Of a DNA stretch of 64,000 bases, positions 48,506 through 62,100 are shown piece by piece (the first letter of the stretch is position 1; each line of letters opens with the position of its first letter). The notes under the pieces were generated by a model that was not told the origin of the DNA, did not search any database, and saw only the letters and a program-made list of their open reading frames with translations. The stretch covers positions 118,050,001-118,114,000 of the forward strand of contig NC_086100.1 of the NCBI RefSeq assembly GCF_963921235.1. The letters run 5' to 3'. The translations under genes were made by a program, and so were the position numbers. The DNA is from Mobula hypostoma (Eukaryota).

Positions 48506-50110
48506 TCCATTCTGAAAGAGGATGTGCTGGAGCTTTTGGAAAGCATCAAGTTAGATAAGTCTCCAGGACCGGATGAGATGTACCCAAGGTTACTGTGGGA
48601 GGCAAGGGAGGAGATTGCTGAGCCTTTGACAATGATCTTTGCATCATCAATGGGGACGAGAGAGGTTCCGGAGGATTGGAGGGTTGCTGATGTTGTTCCC
48701 TTATTCAAAAAAGGAAGTAGAGGTAACCCAGGAAATTATAGACCAGCGAGTCTTAGTTCAGTGGTTGGTAAGTTGATGGAAGAAGTCCTGAGAGGCAGGA
48801 TTTATGAACATTTGGAGAGGTATAATATGATTAGGAATAGTCAGTATGGCTTTGTCAAAGACAGGTTTTACCTTTTAAGTCTGACTGAATTTTTTGAGGA
48901 TGTGACTAAACACATTGATGAAGGTAAAGCAGTAGATGTAGTGTATATGGATTTCAGCAAGGTATTTGATAAGGTACCCCATGCAAGGCTTATTGAGAAA
49001 GTAAGGAGGCATGGGATCCAAGGGACATTGTATTGTGGATCCAGAACTGGCTTGCTCACAGAAGGCAAGGAGTGGTTGTAGATGGGTCATATTCTGCATG
49101 GAGGTTGGTGACCAGTGGTGTGCCTCAGGAATTTGTTCTGGGACCTCTACTTTTTATGATTTTTATAAATGACCTGGATGAGGAAGTGGAGGGATGGGTT
49201 AGTACATTTTATGATGATACAAAGGTTGGAGGTATTGTGGATAGTGTGGAGGTCTGTCAGAGGTTACAGTGGAATATCAATAGGATGCAAAACTGGGCTG
49301 AAAATTGGCAGATGGAGCTCAACCCAGATAAGTGTGAGGTAGTACATTTTGGTAGGTCAAATATGATGGCAGAATATAGTATTAATGGTAAGACCCCTGG
49401 CAGTGTGGACGATCAGGTGGAGCCTGGGGTTCGAGTTCATAGGACACTCAAAGTCACTGTGCAGGTTGACTCTGTGGTTAAGAAGGCATATGGTGTATTG
49501 GCCTTCATCAACTGTGGCATTGAGTTTAAGAGCTGAGAGGTAATGTTACAGCTATGTAGATCCCTGGTCAGACCCCACTTGGAGTACTGTGCTCAATTCT
49601 GGTCACCTCACTATAGGAAGGATGTGGAAACCATAGAAAGGGTGCAGAGGAGATTTACAAGGATGTTGTCTGGATTGGGGAGCATGTCTTATGAGAATAG
49701 GTTGAATGAACTCAGCCTTTTCTCCTTGGAGTGACGGAGGTTGAGAAGTGATCTGATAGAGATGTACAAGATAATGAGAGGCATTGATGGTGTGGATAGT
49801 CAGAGGATTTTCCTCAGGGTTGAAATGGCTAGCATAAGACGGCATAGTTTTAAGGTGCTTGGAAGCAGGTACAGAGGAGATGTCAGGTGTAAGTTTTTTA
49901 CGCAGAGGGTGGTGAGTGCGTGGAATGGGCTGCCAGTGGCGGTGGAGGCAGAAACGATAGGGTTTTTTTAAGACACTACTGGATGGCTACATGGAGCCTA
50001 GAAAAATAGAGGGCTATGGGTAAAGCCTAGGTAGTTCTAAGGTAGGGACATATTTGGCACACTATCGTGGGCTGAAGGGCCTGTATTGTGCAGCAGGTTT
50101 TCGAGGTTTC
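48506..50110 (+). mobile_element. 5'-truncated CR1 (RT to 3' end)
   Basis: KSPGPD, NYRPASL, YMDFSKVFDKVPH, GVPQ, FYDD, RPHLEYCAQFWSP, then 3' UTR. Confidence 0.92.
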
Positions 50111-50114
50111 TAAC

Positions 50115-50541
50115 CTATCATCGTTCGCTTTAAATATACCCAATGACTTGGACTCCAAGGCCATCTGTGACAATGAATTCCACAGATTCACCACCAGTTG
50201 GCTAAAGAAATTCCACCACATCTCTGTTCTAAAGGGATGTCCTTGTACTCTGTGGCTGTACCGTCAGTTCTTAGGCTCCACCTCAATAAGAAACGTTATG
50301 TCCACTCTATCTAAACCATTCAATATTCAATATCTTTCAATGAGATCTCTCCTCTTTCTTCTAAATTCCAGCGAGTACAGTCCCAGATCCATCAAACACA
50401 CATCCTGGGTTAACTCTTTCATCCCCAGAATCATTCCTGTAAACTCACCCTGGACACTCTCCAATGCCAGCACATCCTTTCTTAGAGAAGGGGACCAAAA
50501 CTGCACATGCAGTCTGACCAATGCCATATAAAGCCTCAGCA
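50115..50541 (-). mobile_element. CR1 RT C-terminal fragment
   Basis: LRLYMALVR…QFWSPSLRKDVLALESVQ…VVNLWNSL. Confidence 0.85.
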
Positions 50542-50654
50542 GACACAAGGAAACTCTTTCCGATGTGAGTTGTCTCTGGATTGTAATGCATTGCCTGCAA
50601 TGATGGTGCAGACAGCTACAATTGTAATATTCAAAAGACTTCTAGATATTACAA

Positions 50655-52630
50655 ATTAGCCAGAAGAAGTGGCTCACCTGAGGACTGGGAGAAATTCAGA
50701 GTTCAGCAGAAGAGGACAAAGGGCTTAATTAGGAAGGGGGGAAAAAATTATGAGAGAAAACTGGCAGGGAACATAAAAACTGACTATAAAAGCTTTTATA
50801 GATATGTGAAAAGAAAAAGATTGGTTAAGACAAATGTAGGTCCCCTACAGACAGAAACAGGTGAATTGATTATGGGGAGCAAGGACATGGCAGACCAATT
50901 GAATAATTACTTTGGTTCTGTCTTCACTAAGGAGGACATAAATAATCTTCCGGAAATAGTAGGGGACAGAGGGTCCAGTGAGATGGAGGAACTGAGGGAA
51001 ACACATGTTAGTAGGGAAGTGGTGTTAGGTAAATTGAAGGGATTAAAGGTGGATAAATCCCCAGGGCCAGATGGTCTGCATCCCAGAGTGCTTAAGGAAG
51101 TAGCCCAAGAAATAGTGGATGCATTAGTGATAATTTTTCAAAACTCTTTAGATTCAGGACTAGCTCCTGAGGATTGGAGGGTGGCTAATGTAACCCCATT
51201 TTTTAAAAAAGGAGGGAGAGAGAAACCAGGGAATTATAGACCGGTTAGCTTAACATCGGTGGTGGGGAAACTGCTAGAGTCAGTTATCAAAGATGTGATA
51301 ACAGCACATTTGGAAAGTGGTGAAATCATCGGACAAAGTCAGCATGGATTTGTGAAAGGAAAATCATGTCTGACGAATCTCACAGAATTTTTTGAGGATG
51401 TAACTAGTAGAGTGGATAGGGGAGAACCAGTGGATGTGGTATATTTGGATTTTCAAAAGGCATTTCACAAGGTCCCACACAGGAGATTAGTGTGCAAACT
51501 TAAAGCACACGGTATTGGGGGTAAGGTATTGATGTGGATAGAGAATTGGTTGGCAGACAGGAAGCAAAGAGTGGGTATGAACAGGACCTTTTCAGAATGG
51601 CAGGCAGTGACTAGTGGGGTACCGCAAGGCTCAGTGTTGGGACCCCAGTTGTTTACAATATATATTAATGACTTGGATGAGGGAATTAAATGCAGCATCT
51701 CCAAGTTTGTGGATGATATGAAGCTGGGCGGCAGTGTTAGCTATGAGGGTGCAGGGTGACTTGGATAGGTTAGGTGAGTGGGCAAATTCATGGCAGATGC
51801 AATTTAATGTGGATAAATGTGAAGTTATCCACTTTGGTGGCAAAAACAGGAAAACAGATTATTTTCTGAATGGTGGCCGATTAGGAAAAGGGGAGGTGCA
51901 ACGAGACCTGGGTGTCATTATACACCAGTCATTGAAAGTGGGCATGCAGGTACAGCAGGCGGTGAAAAAGGCGAACGGTATGCTGGTATTTATAGCAAGA
52001 GGATTCGAGTACAGGAGCAGGGAGGTACTACTGCAGTTGTACAAGGCCTTGGTGAGACCACACCTGGAGTATTGTGTGCAGTTTTGGTCCCCTAATCTGA
52101 GGAAAGACATCCTTGCCATAGAGGGAGTACAAAGAAGGTTCACCAGATTGATTCCTGGGATGGCAGGACTTTCATATGATGAAAGACTGGATGAACTAGG
52201 CTTATACTCGTTGGAATTTAGAAGATTGAGGGGGGATCTGATTGAAATGTATAAGATCCTAAAGGGATTGGACAGGCTAGATGCAGGAAGATTGTTCCCG
52301 ATGTTGGGGAAGTCCAGAACGAGGGGTCACAGTTTGAGGATAGAGGGGAAGCCTTTTAGGACCGAGATTAGGAAAAACTTCTTCACACAGAGAGTGGTGA
52401 ATCTGTGGAATTCTCTGCCACAGCAAACTGTTGAGGCCAGTTCATTGGCTATGTTTAAGAGGGAGTTAGATATGGCCCTTGTGGCTACCGAGGTCAGGGG
52501 GTATGGAGGGAAGGATGGGGCGGGGTTCTGAGTTGGATGATCAGCCATGATCATAATAAATGGCGGTGCAGGCTCGAAGGGCCGAATGGCCTACTCCTGC
52601 ACCTATTTTCTATGTTTCTATGTTTCTATG
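50655..52630 (+). mobile_element. 5'-truncated, relatively young CR1 (ORF2 RT region)
   Basis: Two long frames (50806-51759 and 51734-52531) with [23 protein letters not shown] and FVDD. One frameshift near 51745. (TTTCTATG)n tail. Confidence 0.95.
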
Positions 52631-53010
52631 AAACATATAAAATCTTAAAGGGATTGGACAGGCTAGTTGCAGGAAGATTGTTCCCGATGTTGGGGAAGTC
52701 CTGAATGAGGAGTCACAGTTTGAGGATAAAGGGGAAGCCTTTTAGGACCGAGATTAGGAAAAACTTCTTCACACAGAGAGTGGTGAATCTGTGGAATTCT
52801 CTGCCACAGGAAACAGTTGAGGCCAGTTCATTGGCTATATTTAAGACGGAGTTAGATATAGCCCTTGTGGCTAAAGGGATCAGGGGGTATGGAGGGAAGG
52901 CTGGTACAAGGTTCTGAGTTGGATGATCAGCCATGATCATACTGAATGGCAGAGCAGGCTTGAAGGGCCGAATGGCCTACTCCTGCACCTATTTTCTATG
53001 TTTCTATGTT
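52631..53010 (+). mobile_element. Second, tandem copy of the same CR1 3' end
   Basis: Colinear with ~52245-52630 with scattered substitutions. Has its own (TTTCTATG)n tail. Confidence 0.9.
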
Positions 53011-53099
53011 TTTATAAATGTCTGAAAGAAAAGAATTTGTGAGGGCAAGAAAATTGCGAGCTACTAGATTGTTCTTTCTTGGACTCCGTATTCCTTGGA

Positions 53100-53325
53100 C
53101 TTCCACACAGAGAGTGGTGGGGGCATGGGTGCACTACCGGTGGCGGTGGTGGAAGCAGATACAATAGGGTCTTCTAAGAACCTCTTAGATAGGCATATGG
53201 AGCTTAGAAAAATAGAGGGCTATGCGCTCGGGGAATTCAAGGCAGCTTCTAGAGTAGGTTACATGGTTGGCACAACATTGTGGGCCAAAGGGCCTGTAAT
53301 GTGCTGTAGATTTCTATGTTCATAT
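53100..53325 (+). mobile_element. CR1 3' fragment
   Basis: Same subfamily 3' end as 8170-8430 and 49900-50110. Confidence 0.8.
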
Positions 53326-54669
53326 GCATTCTATGGGCTGAATGGACTCTTCGGATGCTGCAGCCAAATTGTGATTCAATTATTTAATATCATTTGGAAA
53401 CTTACAAATTCACTGCCCTTGTCCAAATAATTTCTATAAATAGTTGGAAGAGTTTTAAGATCAGCCTTATGTATATCATATTCAGTCTTGATTTCACTCC
53501 AAATATTCTCTTTTTCTGACAAATCTGTTTCCTTTATATTATATCCCTAGATATGAATTTCCCTCAGGTCTTATATGAACCTTAGCATACAGTTTTCCAT
53601 GTGTCTGAAGACTTTAATCAACATTGGTGGATCAAAGAAGTTATTGATAAACCTTGCCAATGCTGTGAATGTTTATTTGGTTAGTTATCTGTGAGTAATT
53701 GGTTATCCTGCTGAACAGTTCTTCATGGACAACAATGCAGAGATTTCGATTCATGGTCATCCTGGCTTGACAGAGGAAAACAAAGCCTTCAAATATAAAG
53801 CAAATTAAGATGACTTGAGTTGACATCACACCTCTGGAGATTTATTTAATAAGCAATGCAACTTTAATTTGTTATATCATCTTCCGCGCGCTATTTGGAA
53901 CTCCACATTGGAGAGTATACTCCGGCTGCAGCTTTCGATTGCTGACCTAATTGTGCTCAGTCCAGCTCCCCACCAGCATTGCTCCCTGATTGCAGCACAG
54001 CCACACAAAACTTCTGTTTTGGCAAACTCTACTGGATCCCTTTCCACATCTATTCCATAGATGTTGCCTGACCTGCTGAGTTCCTCCAACAGTTTCTGTG
54101 TATTGCTTTGGATTTCCAGCATCTGCAGATTTCTGCATGTTTGTGATTTATATCTTACCCAATGTTGTTTGGAATACCATAGGTGATAGCGTCGTCCTGT
54201 ATTGGAGTTTGAAATATGAGCATAATCCCTTGTGGTACTATTTGTCAAATAGCATTGACTCTCTTCAATGACATCAAGCTGAGCACAAGCAATTTTCTAA
54301 GGATTTCTTTTCCCATCCAATTGAGCATAGGAGTCATGAGATGCGGGCAGCAGATATTACACACCATCTTCTGTTCCATGATAATCCCCACAGAAGCAGA
54401 TCATCTTCTTGACCTGGAATAATACTTCAATGTATGTAGTCTAATCACTATCTGTCAATTTTTCCTGCTTCCCATTCCAACTGAGCTGCTCTTCCACTTG
54501 AGTTTTCAGTGTACAGGGTATTGGCCTGAGATTACAGCTTGGCATTCAATTTTATGTATAAATTATGACTGTGCCCCTGGAGTTCTGGTGTAGGAATCCT
54601 TCATATTGATTGCCTTGTGTTCACTTAATTGGTTGCCCCTTGTTGCAGTCAGCTTTTCCTGCTACAAGT

Positions 54670-55262
54670 CAATGCAGTATGTAGTGAGACTGTGAGGAAG
54701 GACAGGCAGATGATAGGAAAAAATTTGCAGTCAGTGGGATGGGTTAAGGGGCAACATGGGGTAAAATCGAAAAGAGTGTTGAATACAGAACCGAAGGTGT
54801 TATACTTGAAATGCACGCAGTATACGGAATAAGGTAGATGTAGCGCATTTAGAGATTGGTAGATATGATGTTGAAGGCATCACTGAGTTGTGGCTGAAAG
54901 AAGATCATAGCTGGGAGCTTAACATCCAAGGATACACCTTGTATCAAAAGGACATCCAGGTAAATAGAGGGGTTGGGATGGCTCTGTTGGTAAAAAAAAA
55001 GAAATAAAATCTTTGAAAGAGGTGACATTCATTCAGATGATGTAGAATCCTTGTGGATAGTGTTTAGAAACTGCAAGAGTAAAAAGACCCTGATGGGAGT
55101 TAAAAACAGGTCTCCAAACACTAGCTTGGATGTGGGTTACAAATTACAACAGGAGATAGAAAAGGCATCTAAAAAGGGCAATGTTATGATAGTCATGGGG
55201 GATTTCAATATGAAAGTAGATTGGGAAAATCTCATTGGCGCTGGATTCCAAGAGAGGGAACT
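54670..55262 (+). mobile_element. CR1 ORF2 endonuclease fragment
   Basis: GITELWL…WELNIQGY and VMIVMGDFN remnants. Ends where the Gypsy LTR-like sequence begins. Confidence 0.75.
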
Positions 55263-55665
55263 TGTGCATAACGCCCTGGTAAAAGTTTTACTGCTAATGT
55301 TGTACGACATTTCATGTGATGCTCTTTCTGTATAAGCAGTGTGTTCTGCTGGCAGTGGTTGGATTGCAGTTAATGTTAAGGGATGCTTAGGAATGTGTGT
55401 CATCCAATCAGGAGAGTGGAACTGGGAGACGGTTCTAGAGAACGCTGGGGGAGCAGTTTTTGTGACAAACGCTAAGGAGGGTTGAGGTCTCTTTTTTGGC
55501 AGGAGATGGACAGAGAAGGAGCTTGAGAGGACTGGCCATAGAATTCGATCCGGCAGGAACATGCGATCCAGTGGAGCCCAAGACAGAAACTTTTATTGGG
55601 AAGTGGTGAACAGCAGCCACTGTGCACATGTGACTGTTTAAGTATAATGGTCCCTTATTCTCCAC

Positions 55666-56286
55666 AGCGGGAGGAGAAGATGGCGGCGCGCCACGCATGC
55701 GCAGCCCTCCAATGAAAAATGATATCGTGTCTGTTAAATAGGGGCTGTGGACAATTCTGATTTGATGGAGAATGGACGTGAAAGCACAGACGAACATCCG
55801 GAGAAATTTCTGAAACACCTGTTCGCTGCTGTCGTTACTGTGTGGTCGGGACTCTTTCGGAGGGTAGGCCTCAAAATCCCCGGCCTTGCCTGCTTTTGGC
55901 GATCGAGAAGGAGGTCGAATCGTTCGGACAGAGATGGCTCTCAGTACTCGGTGCTGGAGAGCTGATCAGAGCTCGAAGTTTTCGGACGACTCAGAGTCAG
56001 ATTGTGGTCGGCATGGCAGGGAGAGTTTTTCTTCCTTCTCCCATCTGCATGAGATGTGGGACATTTGAGAAACTTTGAACTTTACCATGCTCACGGACTT
56101 CTTCATCAAGTTATGGTATTGTTACACTGTTTGTAACTATATGTTATAATTATCTCTGTTTTGTCAGTTTTTTCAGTCTTGGTTTGTCCTGTGTTTTGTG
56201 ATATCACACCGGAGGAAATAATGTATCATTTTTTAATGCATACATTACTAAATGACAATAAAAGAGGACTACGTGTCTTCATAATC
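55666..56286 (+). mobile_element. ~620-bp non-coding retroposon, copy 2, inserted in the Gypsy LTR region
   Basis: Colinear with 6192-6825 from GGGAGGAGAAGATGGCGGCG to AATAAAAGAG…TAATC. Confidence 0.75.
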
Positions 56287-56695
56287 ATATTTTTTCTTTT
56301 TTTTCTTTAATAACTGTTTGCTTAAGTTAACTTCCTTAAATATATTTCTTTATAATTGTATGCGGTGCACAATCTATTATTTCTTGCCGATGGGTGATTG
56401 CCAGGTGCAATGAATCACACAGCATTCACACAAATCAGGGTTTTGGTAGGTGGAACATCCCAAACTTATGGATTTGGCGGGATCAAAGTCGTATACACCT
56501 TAGACGCTATGTGATTGCCCTAAGAATGATTAAATGGTTTGAGTTTAAGCCTGTGTTAAACTATTGTCTGGGAAAGTGATTAAGATACATGATTATGGAT
56601 GCCACAGTGATTAAGCGTTGGTGTGATTCAAAGAGATTGCCCACAACTAATGCTTGTGTTCTGAGTGGGGTGGATACCTGCAACCCAGATGGATT

Positions 56696-57040
56696 TAAAA
56701 ACGTAAACACGAGGAATTCTGCAGATGCTGGAAATTCAAGCAACACTCATCAAAGTTGCTGGTGAACGCAGCAGGCCAGGCAGCATCTCTAGGAAGAGGT
56801 ACAGTCGACGTTTCGGGCCGAGACCCTTCGTCAGGACTAACTGCTCTTGGCTCCATCCCTCCTCTTCCTGTCTTCTCCTATCATTTTGGATCTCCCCCTC
56901 CCCCTCCCACTTTCAAATTTCTTACTAGCTCCTCCTTCGGTTAGTCCTGACGAAGGGTCTCGGCCTGAAACGTCGACTGTATCTCTTCCTAGAGATGCTG
57001 CCTGTCCTGCTGCGTTCACCAGCAACTTTGATGTGTGTTG
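56696..57040. mobile_element. Fold-back PLE pseudo-LTR pair with 12-bp TSD, inserted in Gypsy gag
   Basis: CCCAGATGGATT at 56684-56695 and 57041-57052. Hammerheads at 56802-56839 (-) and 56942-56979 (+). Confidence 0.9.
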
Positions 57041-58769
57041 CCCAGATGGATTGTTGGTTAGGATTTTAAGTACTGTTAGAGCATTAGGGAAAGTTACAAT
57101 CATGGAGTGGCAACATGAGTAAATGGAGGGGAAAGGTGTGTTAATTCAGTCTAGTGTTGGCATAATGGGAGTGGACCTGCCTGGTACCAGTGGAGTTACT
57201 GGAGAGGCGGGGCTATGGGCCACCCATACTTCCAGAGAAGAGGGGAGTGTTATTGGGCATGCTGAATTTGATGCTGAGTTTCCCGTAGCTTTAAAGACAA
57301 GTCTCTGTGGAGTGAGGGGAAGGAGTGGTCTTACGTGGAAGGTCTAATGAGTGCTCCACTGGAGGGGTGAAAATTCTGAGTTGGTATCAGCCCTGACATC
57401 CCTGGCAGATAAATGGCAAAGTGCACTGGCATAGAGTCAAAGTTATCGTAGGCTGAGAATGTTCTCAGGAGTGAAGGCCACCTCTGAGCGGGAGGAGGAA
57501 TATGAAACTTGGGCGGAGCAGACCTCTCAGGTGCTGGGTGAGTGGCAAAGCTCTGATAATGTGAAAAGGCAGCAAATGGGAGAGAGTCTAAAATGTCCAA
57601 CTGCTGAGGTAGTGAAGTTCATCAAGGCAGAGAACGCCTTAACTACTTTCACAGACTGCATACAAGGGCTGGAAAGCATTTTTGGCACAATGAGAATCCC
57701 AGTGGATCTCATGATGGGGATTAGGAGCATGTTCCAAGAGAAAGGAGAGAAACTTTCAGCCAACGATTTTCAGCTGTAGAGCCAACTGCTTTGCTTGTGG
57801 CAGAAAGGAGTCATTCAACTAGCTGAGGTGAACCAATAAAGGAGGATCAAGTGGCAAAGGGCGCACGGTCACAGGACATGATTGTTTTAAGATGCGCCCC
57901 CACCCCCCTCGTTTGTTGAGCCGATCAGAGAAGTAAGAGAGGAGGAAAACACATTAGAGGAGCAGAAGGCCTCTGTCAGAAGTGTACGGTCCTCGGTAGT
58001 AGACCCTGTTCCTGAAACAACCCCTGATGTCCCACAGGCAGGGTGTTACAGGAGCTTGTGAAAGTTTTAGAGCTGAGGTATCTCAGCTGATATCGGTGGG
58101 TGCTGTCACTAAGCAAGCCAAAGCCAATAGGGAGCCGGACCTACTGATGGGAGGTTCTAAGCAGAGGGCAACTATTGAACGGGGTCCCTTGAAAAGGGGA
58201 GTGCCAGTATTGTCTGATACAACTGTGGTGCAGAGGGACATTTCAGGCGGGAGTTTGAAGGACAGGAAAGCCTTTGGAAAGAGAGCCCATGGTTACTTAA
58301 ACAGAAGGGGAAGTCGGGAAACTTCAGAGAGACCCAATGAGGGAACAGCCTGGCATCTTGAGGGGAACACATTCCAATCAATGTATCAAGGAAAACCCTA
58401 AAGTGAAAGATCCTGTTCCTGAAGGCATAGTGGGGCCAAGCTCCAGTGTATTCCTATGGATCGAGGGTATTTATACTTGAGCCACACTTGACACAGGTTC
58501 TTAGGTTACTCTGCTGTACCATTTACCGTTGACACCGCTCAGTGTCCTAGAGCTCTTGTGCCTTAGTACTGATGACTACCCGTATGATGGTTACTTGTAG
58601 TTGAAGTTGGAGTTTTTGGAGGCAGATGTGTGCGTAGCTGAGGTTCTTCATACATTAGCGTTGGTTTGTCTGGACCCGGTCGAGAAGAGTGAAGCTTCAA
58701 TTCTTGGGGGAACAAATACTCCAATTGTGAGGAGGCTAGCGGGAGCCTACCAGGAGAGAGTTGAAGAGT

Positions 58770-59160
58770 CCCACCAGAAGACACGGTACATCATTAAAGA
58801 CCCCTCACACCTTCTCCATGAACTGATTGTTCTTCTGCCATCAGGCAAACGTTACAGGAGCATCAAAACCAAAACCACAAGGCTACTAAACAGCTTCCTC
58901 CCACAGGCAGTCAGACTGCTAAATAGCTGCTCTACCTGACTCTGCTTTGGACACTTTTAATTTGCACTGGACACTTATAACTTGATTTTAATTGACATGT
59001 GGCTGTTGTGTTTTACCATTTATTGTTATGTTTATTATTTAGTGTTGCGTTTGTTATGTTATGATTGCACTGCCCCTGAGAAACGCTATCTCATTCTGCC
59101 CTGCAGAGCTGATGTACAGTTAGAATGACAATAAAGTTTTTTGAACCTTGAATCTTGAAA
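58770..59160 (+). mobile_element. Rex1/Babar-like 3' fragment inserted in Gypsy pol
   Basis: IIKDPSH…LLPSGKRYRSIKTKTTRLLNSFLPQAVRLLN, AATAAA and a (TTGAA-)n tail. Confidence 0.8.
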
Positions 59161-62100
59161 ATCTTATCCATTCACCCTGTGTTCAGAGCTCCTTTTGAGG
59201 AAGTGTGCGCCTGTCCTAGACTGGATGATGAGCATAAACAAGGGACTGTGTGGTACACCCAGTTCAAACCCATCATGTTACAGCCAGGGGAAATAGCTAG
59301 AGATACAGGAATCCTCAAATTTCCAATGCCTGATGCCAAGGCCCTCTTAGTGGATGCTCTGGAAGACTATGAAGAGGAGTTATGTTTACCTGCTGGGGTA
59401 CAAGTGAAGTACACCTTCTTCCCGAGTCTGTAATGTCTAGTTTTCCTGTGGGACAAGCAGGAGAGAAACCATCTCCTGGAAAGGAGAAGTTGACACCCAG
59501 ATCATTCAACTTTGGTGACTCTCCAGTACCTGGAGATTGGAAGAGGAGACTGACAGAGAAGATGTTCAAGTTTGAAGATGTCTTTTCTACTGACGAGTTT
59601 GATTGTGGTTGTTCCAAGAGTACTCGCCACGTCATCCGAGTGACAGAGGACACCTCTCTCAGGGAAAAGTCTTGGCAACTGGCACCTGCTGAGGTGGAGG
59701 ATGTATGGCAGCATCTGCAGAAGCTGAAGGAAGCTGGGATTATCACTGAGTCCAGGAGTCCCTATGTGTCACCCATATTGGTGGTGAGGAAGAAGAATGG
59801 GAAGATACGGATGTGTGTAGACTATCAAACACTGAACCGACGCATAGTGCCTGAAAAGTATACTGTTCCAAGGATTGGATATACACTGACCTGCATGAGT
59901 GGAGTGCAATGGTTCAGTGTAATGGACCTGAAGGGTGGGTATTGTCAGATGCCCATGACTGAGGCTGACAAAGAGAAGATGGCATTCGTATGTCCACATG
60001 AACTCTTTCAGCTTGAAAGCATGCCCCAGAGCACATCGGGAGCCACGGCTATTTTCCAGCGTGTCATGGAGAAAACTATTGGGAATATGAACTTGCTGGA
60101 GGTGCTGCTGTACCTGGATGATCTCATAGTTTTCAGGTCTGCCCTGGAAGAGCATGAGGCGAGACTACTGAAGGTGTTAGGCCACCTGAAGGCAAAGGGT
60201 TAAAACTGTCATTGGGTGTGCCAGTTCTGCAAAACGTCTGTCAACTACGTTGGGCACATAGTCTCACAGACGGAGTAGTTACAGGTCTGTCTAAGATAGA
60301 GGCGGTGACCACATGGCCAAGGCCCAAGAATGTAAGCACTCTACGCTCGTTCCTTGGATTCTCTGGGTACTATCGAAGGCTCATGAGGACTATTGTTAAG
60401 TGAGTCACCCTTTCAATCAGTTTCTGTGCAGTTACCCTCCCCTGGGGAAGAACGAGAGGAGGACAAAAAGAGAAGATAGTAAAGGTTATCTTAGACCTTC
60501 GGAGTCTTTTGGAAGAAGGTGGGATGCAAAATGTGAAGAGGCCTTTCAGTTGCTGAAAGAGCTTCTGATGAAACTGCCTGTGTTGGCTTTTGCAAATCCC
60601 CAATTGCCATATGTACTGCATACAGACTCCAGCCAAGAGGGCTTAGTTCTATATCAGGATTAGGGCGCAGGGTTGACACCTGTCGCTTCTGAAAGCTGGA
60701 GTCTGTCACCCTCTGAGCAAAACTACCCCACGCACAAATTGGAGTTCCTGGCACTGAAATGGGCTATGGTGGATAAGTTAAGTGATTATCTACATGGTGC
60801 CAAGTTTGAGGTGAGGATGAACAACAATCCATTGACTTGGGGAAATTGGATGCCACAGGCCATCGTTGGTTGGCAGCGTTGTCTGCCTATGATTCCAGCC
60901 TGACGTACCGACGGGGGAGCCAGAACATTGATACCGATGGATTGTCACGACGCGCACAAGATGAGCTAGAAATGGACAGAGAGTGGAAGAACATTCCTGC
61001 ACCTGGAATTAAAGCAATGTGCCAGTTTTCCATCATGGGGAAGTCAGAGGCGAGGACAGGGCAGGATCGAGCGGTGGACCATTTGGGAGCTTCAGGTTGT
61101 GCCATTTCACAAGTTTACTGCAATCTGACCATTCTGAATACAAAGCAATCGCCTGAGTTGAGTCCAGGGGAAGTGGCCGCCACTCAGTGAGATGACCCTT
61201 GCATCGGTACTGTTTGGTCAGCTGCTGCAGAAGGGGACGTATGAAACACCCTGCCGTATCTCTACTGCTGAGAGAATGGAACAAACTGGAGTTGAGGAGC
61301 CAGGTTCTATACGGGGTCACGTCTCCTCCAGACAGGCCTCAGTATTCCCAGTTGGTCTTGCCTGAGAAGTATCGAAGGATTGTGTGAAGTCACTTCACAA
61401 TGATTCTTATCATTTGGGGTTTGACAAGACCGATGGATTGGTCCGAGATCGGCTCTACTGGTCCCTAATGAAGCCTAAGGTCAAAGAATACTGTAAGTTA
61501 TGCATTCGATGTATTCGGAGGAAGATGCTGTGTATGAGGGCTGCTCCTTTATCCCTTTTGCAGAGGGCGGGGCCACTTGATCTGGTGTGTATGGATTCCC
61601 TCCCTACAGAGCCTGATTCCAGCAACACGGCGAATGTCTTGTCTGTTACTGATTGCTTTACCAGATATGCTCAAGCCTTCCCTGCAAAGGATCAGAGGGT
61701 CTCCATCGTGTCCAAAGTGCTACAGGTGAAGTATTTCATTCATTATGGCTTTCCCAGATGGATACATAGCGTTCGGGGACGGGATTTTGAGAGTAGGCGC
61801 ATACATGAGTTACTGAGCTGAGAAGTTAAACACTATGCGTTATCACCCCCAGCCTGGGAGGTTCAACCAGACATTGCTAGACATGCTCAGAACCCTGGAG
61901 ATTCAACAGGAAGAACAAATGGATTCAGAATGTTGGACATCTGGTCCATTGTTACAACTGTACACAGAGTGAAGCTACTGGATACTCACCAAGTTATTTG
62001 ATGTTTGAGCACATTGCTTGTTGACCTTTGTTTTGGGATTGGTGGGGAAGATTTGCCACAGAAGATCTATCTGAAGTATGTGTCTGACATGAGGAGGGAA

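Noticed and set aside
48126..50110. Single CR1 insertion with a twin-priming inversion
   Set aside because: Both parts have their own 3' tails and differ substantially in the shared region, which fits two separate insertions better.
56596..57779. Domesticated PNMA-family host gene
   Set aside because: The gag is broken by a PLE insertion, stops and frameshifts, and is followed by a decayed pol.
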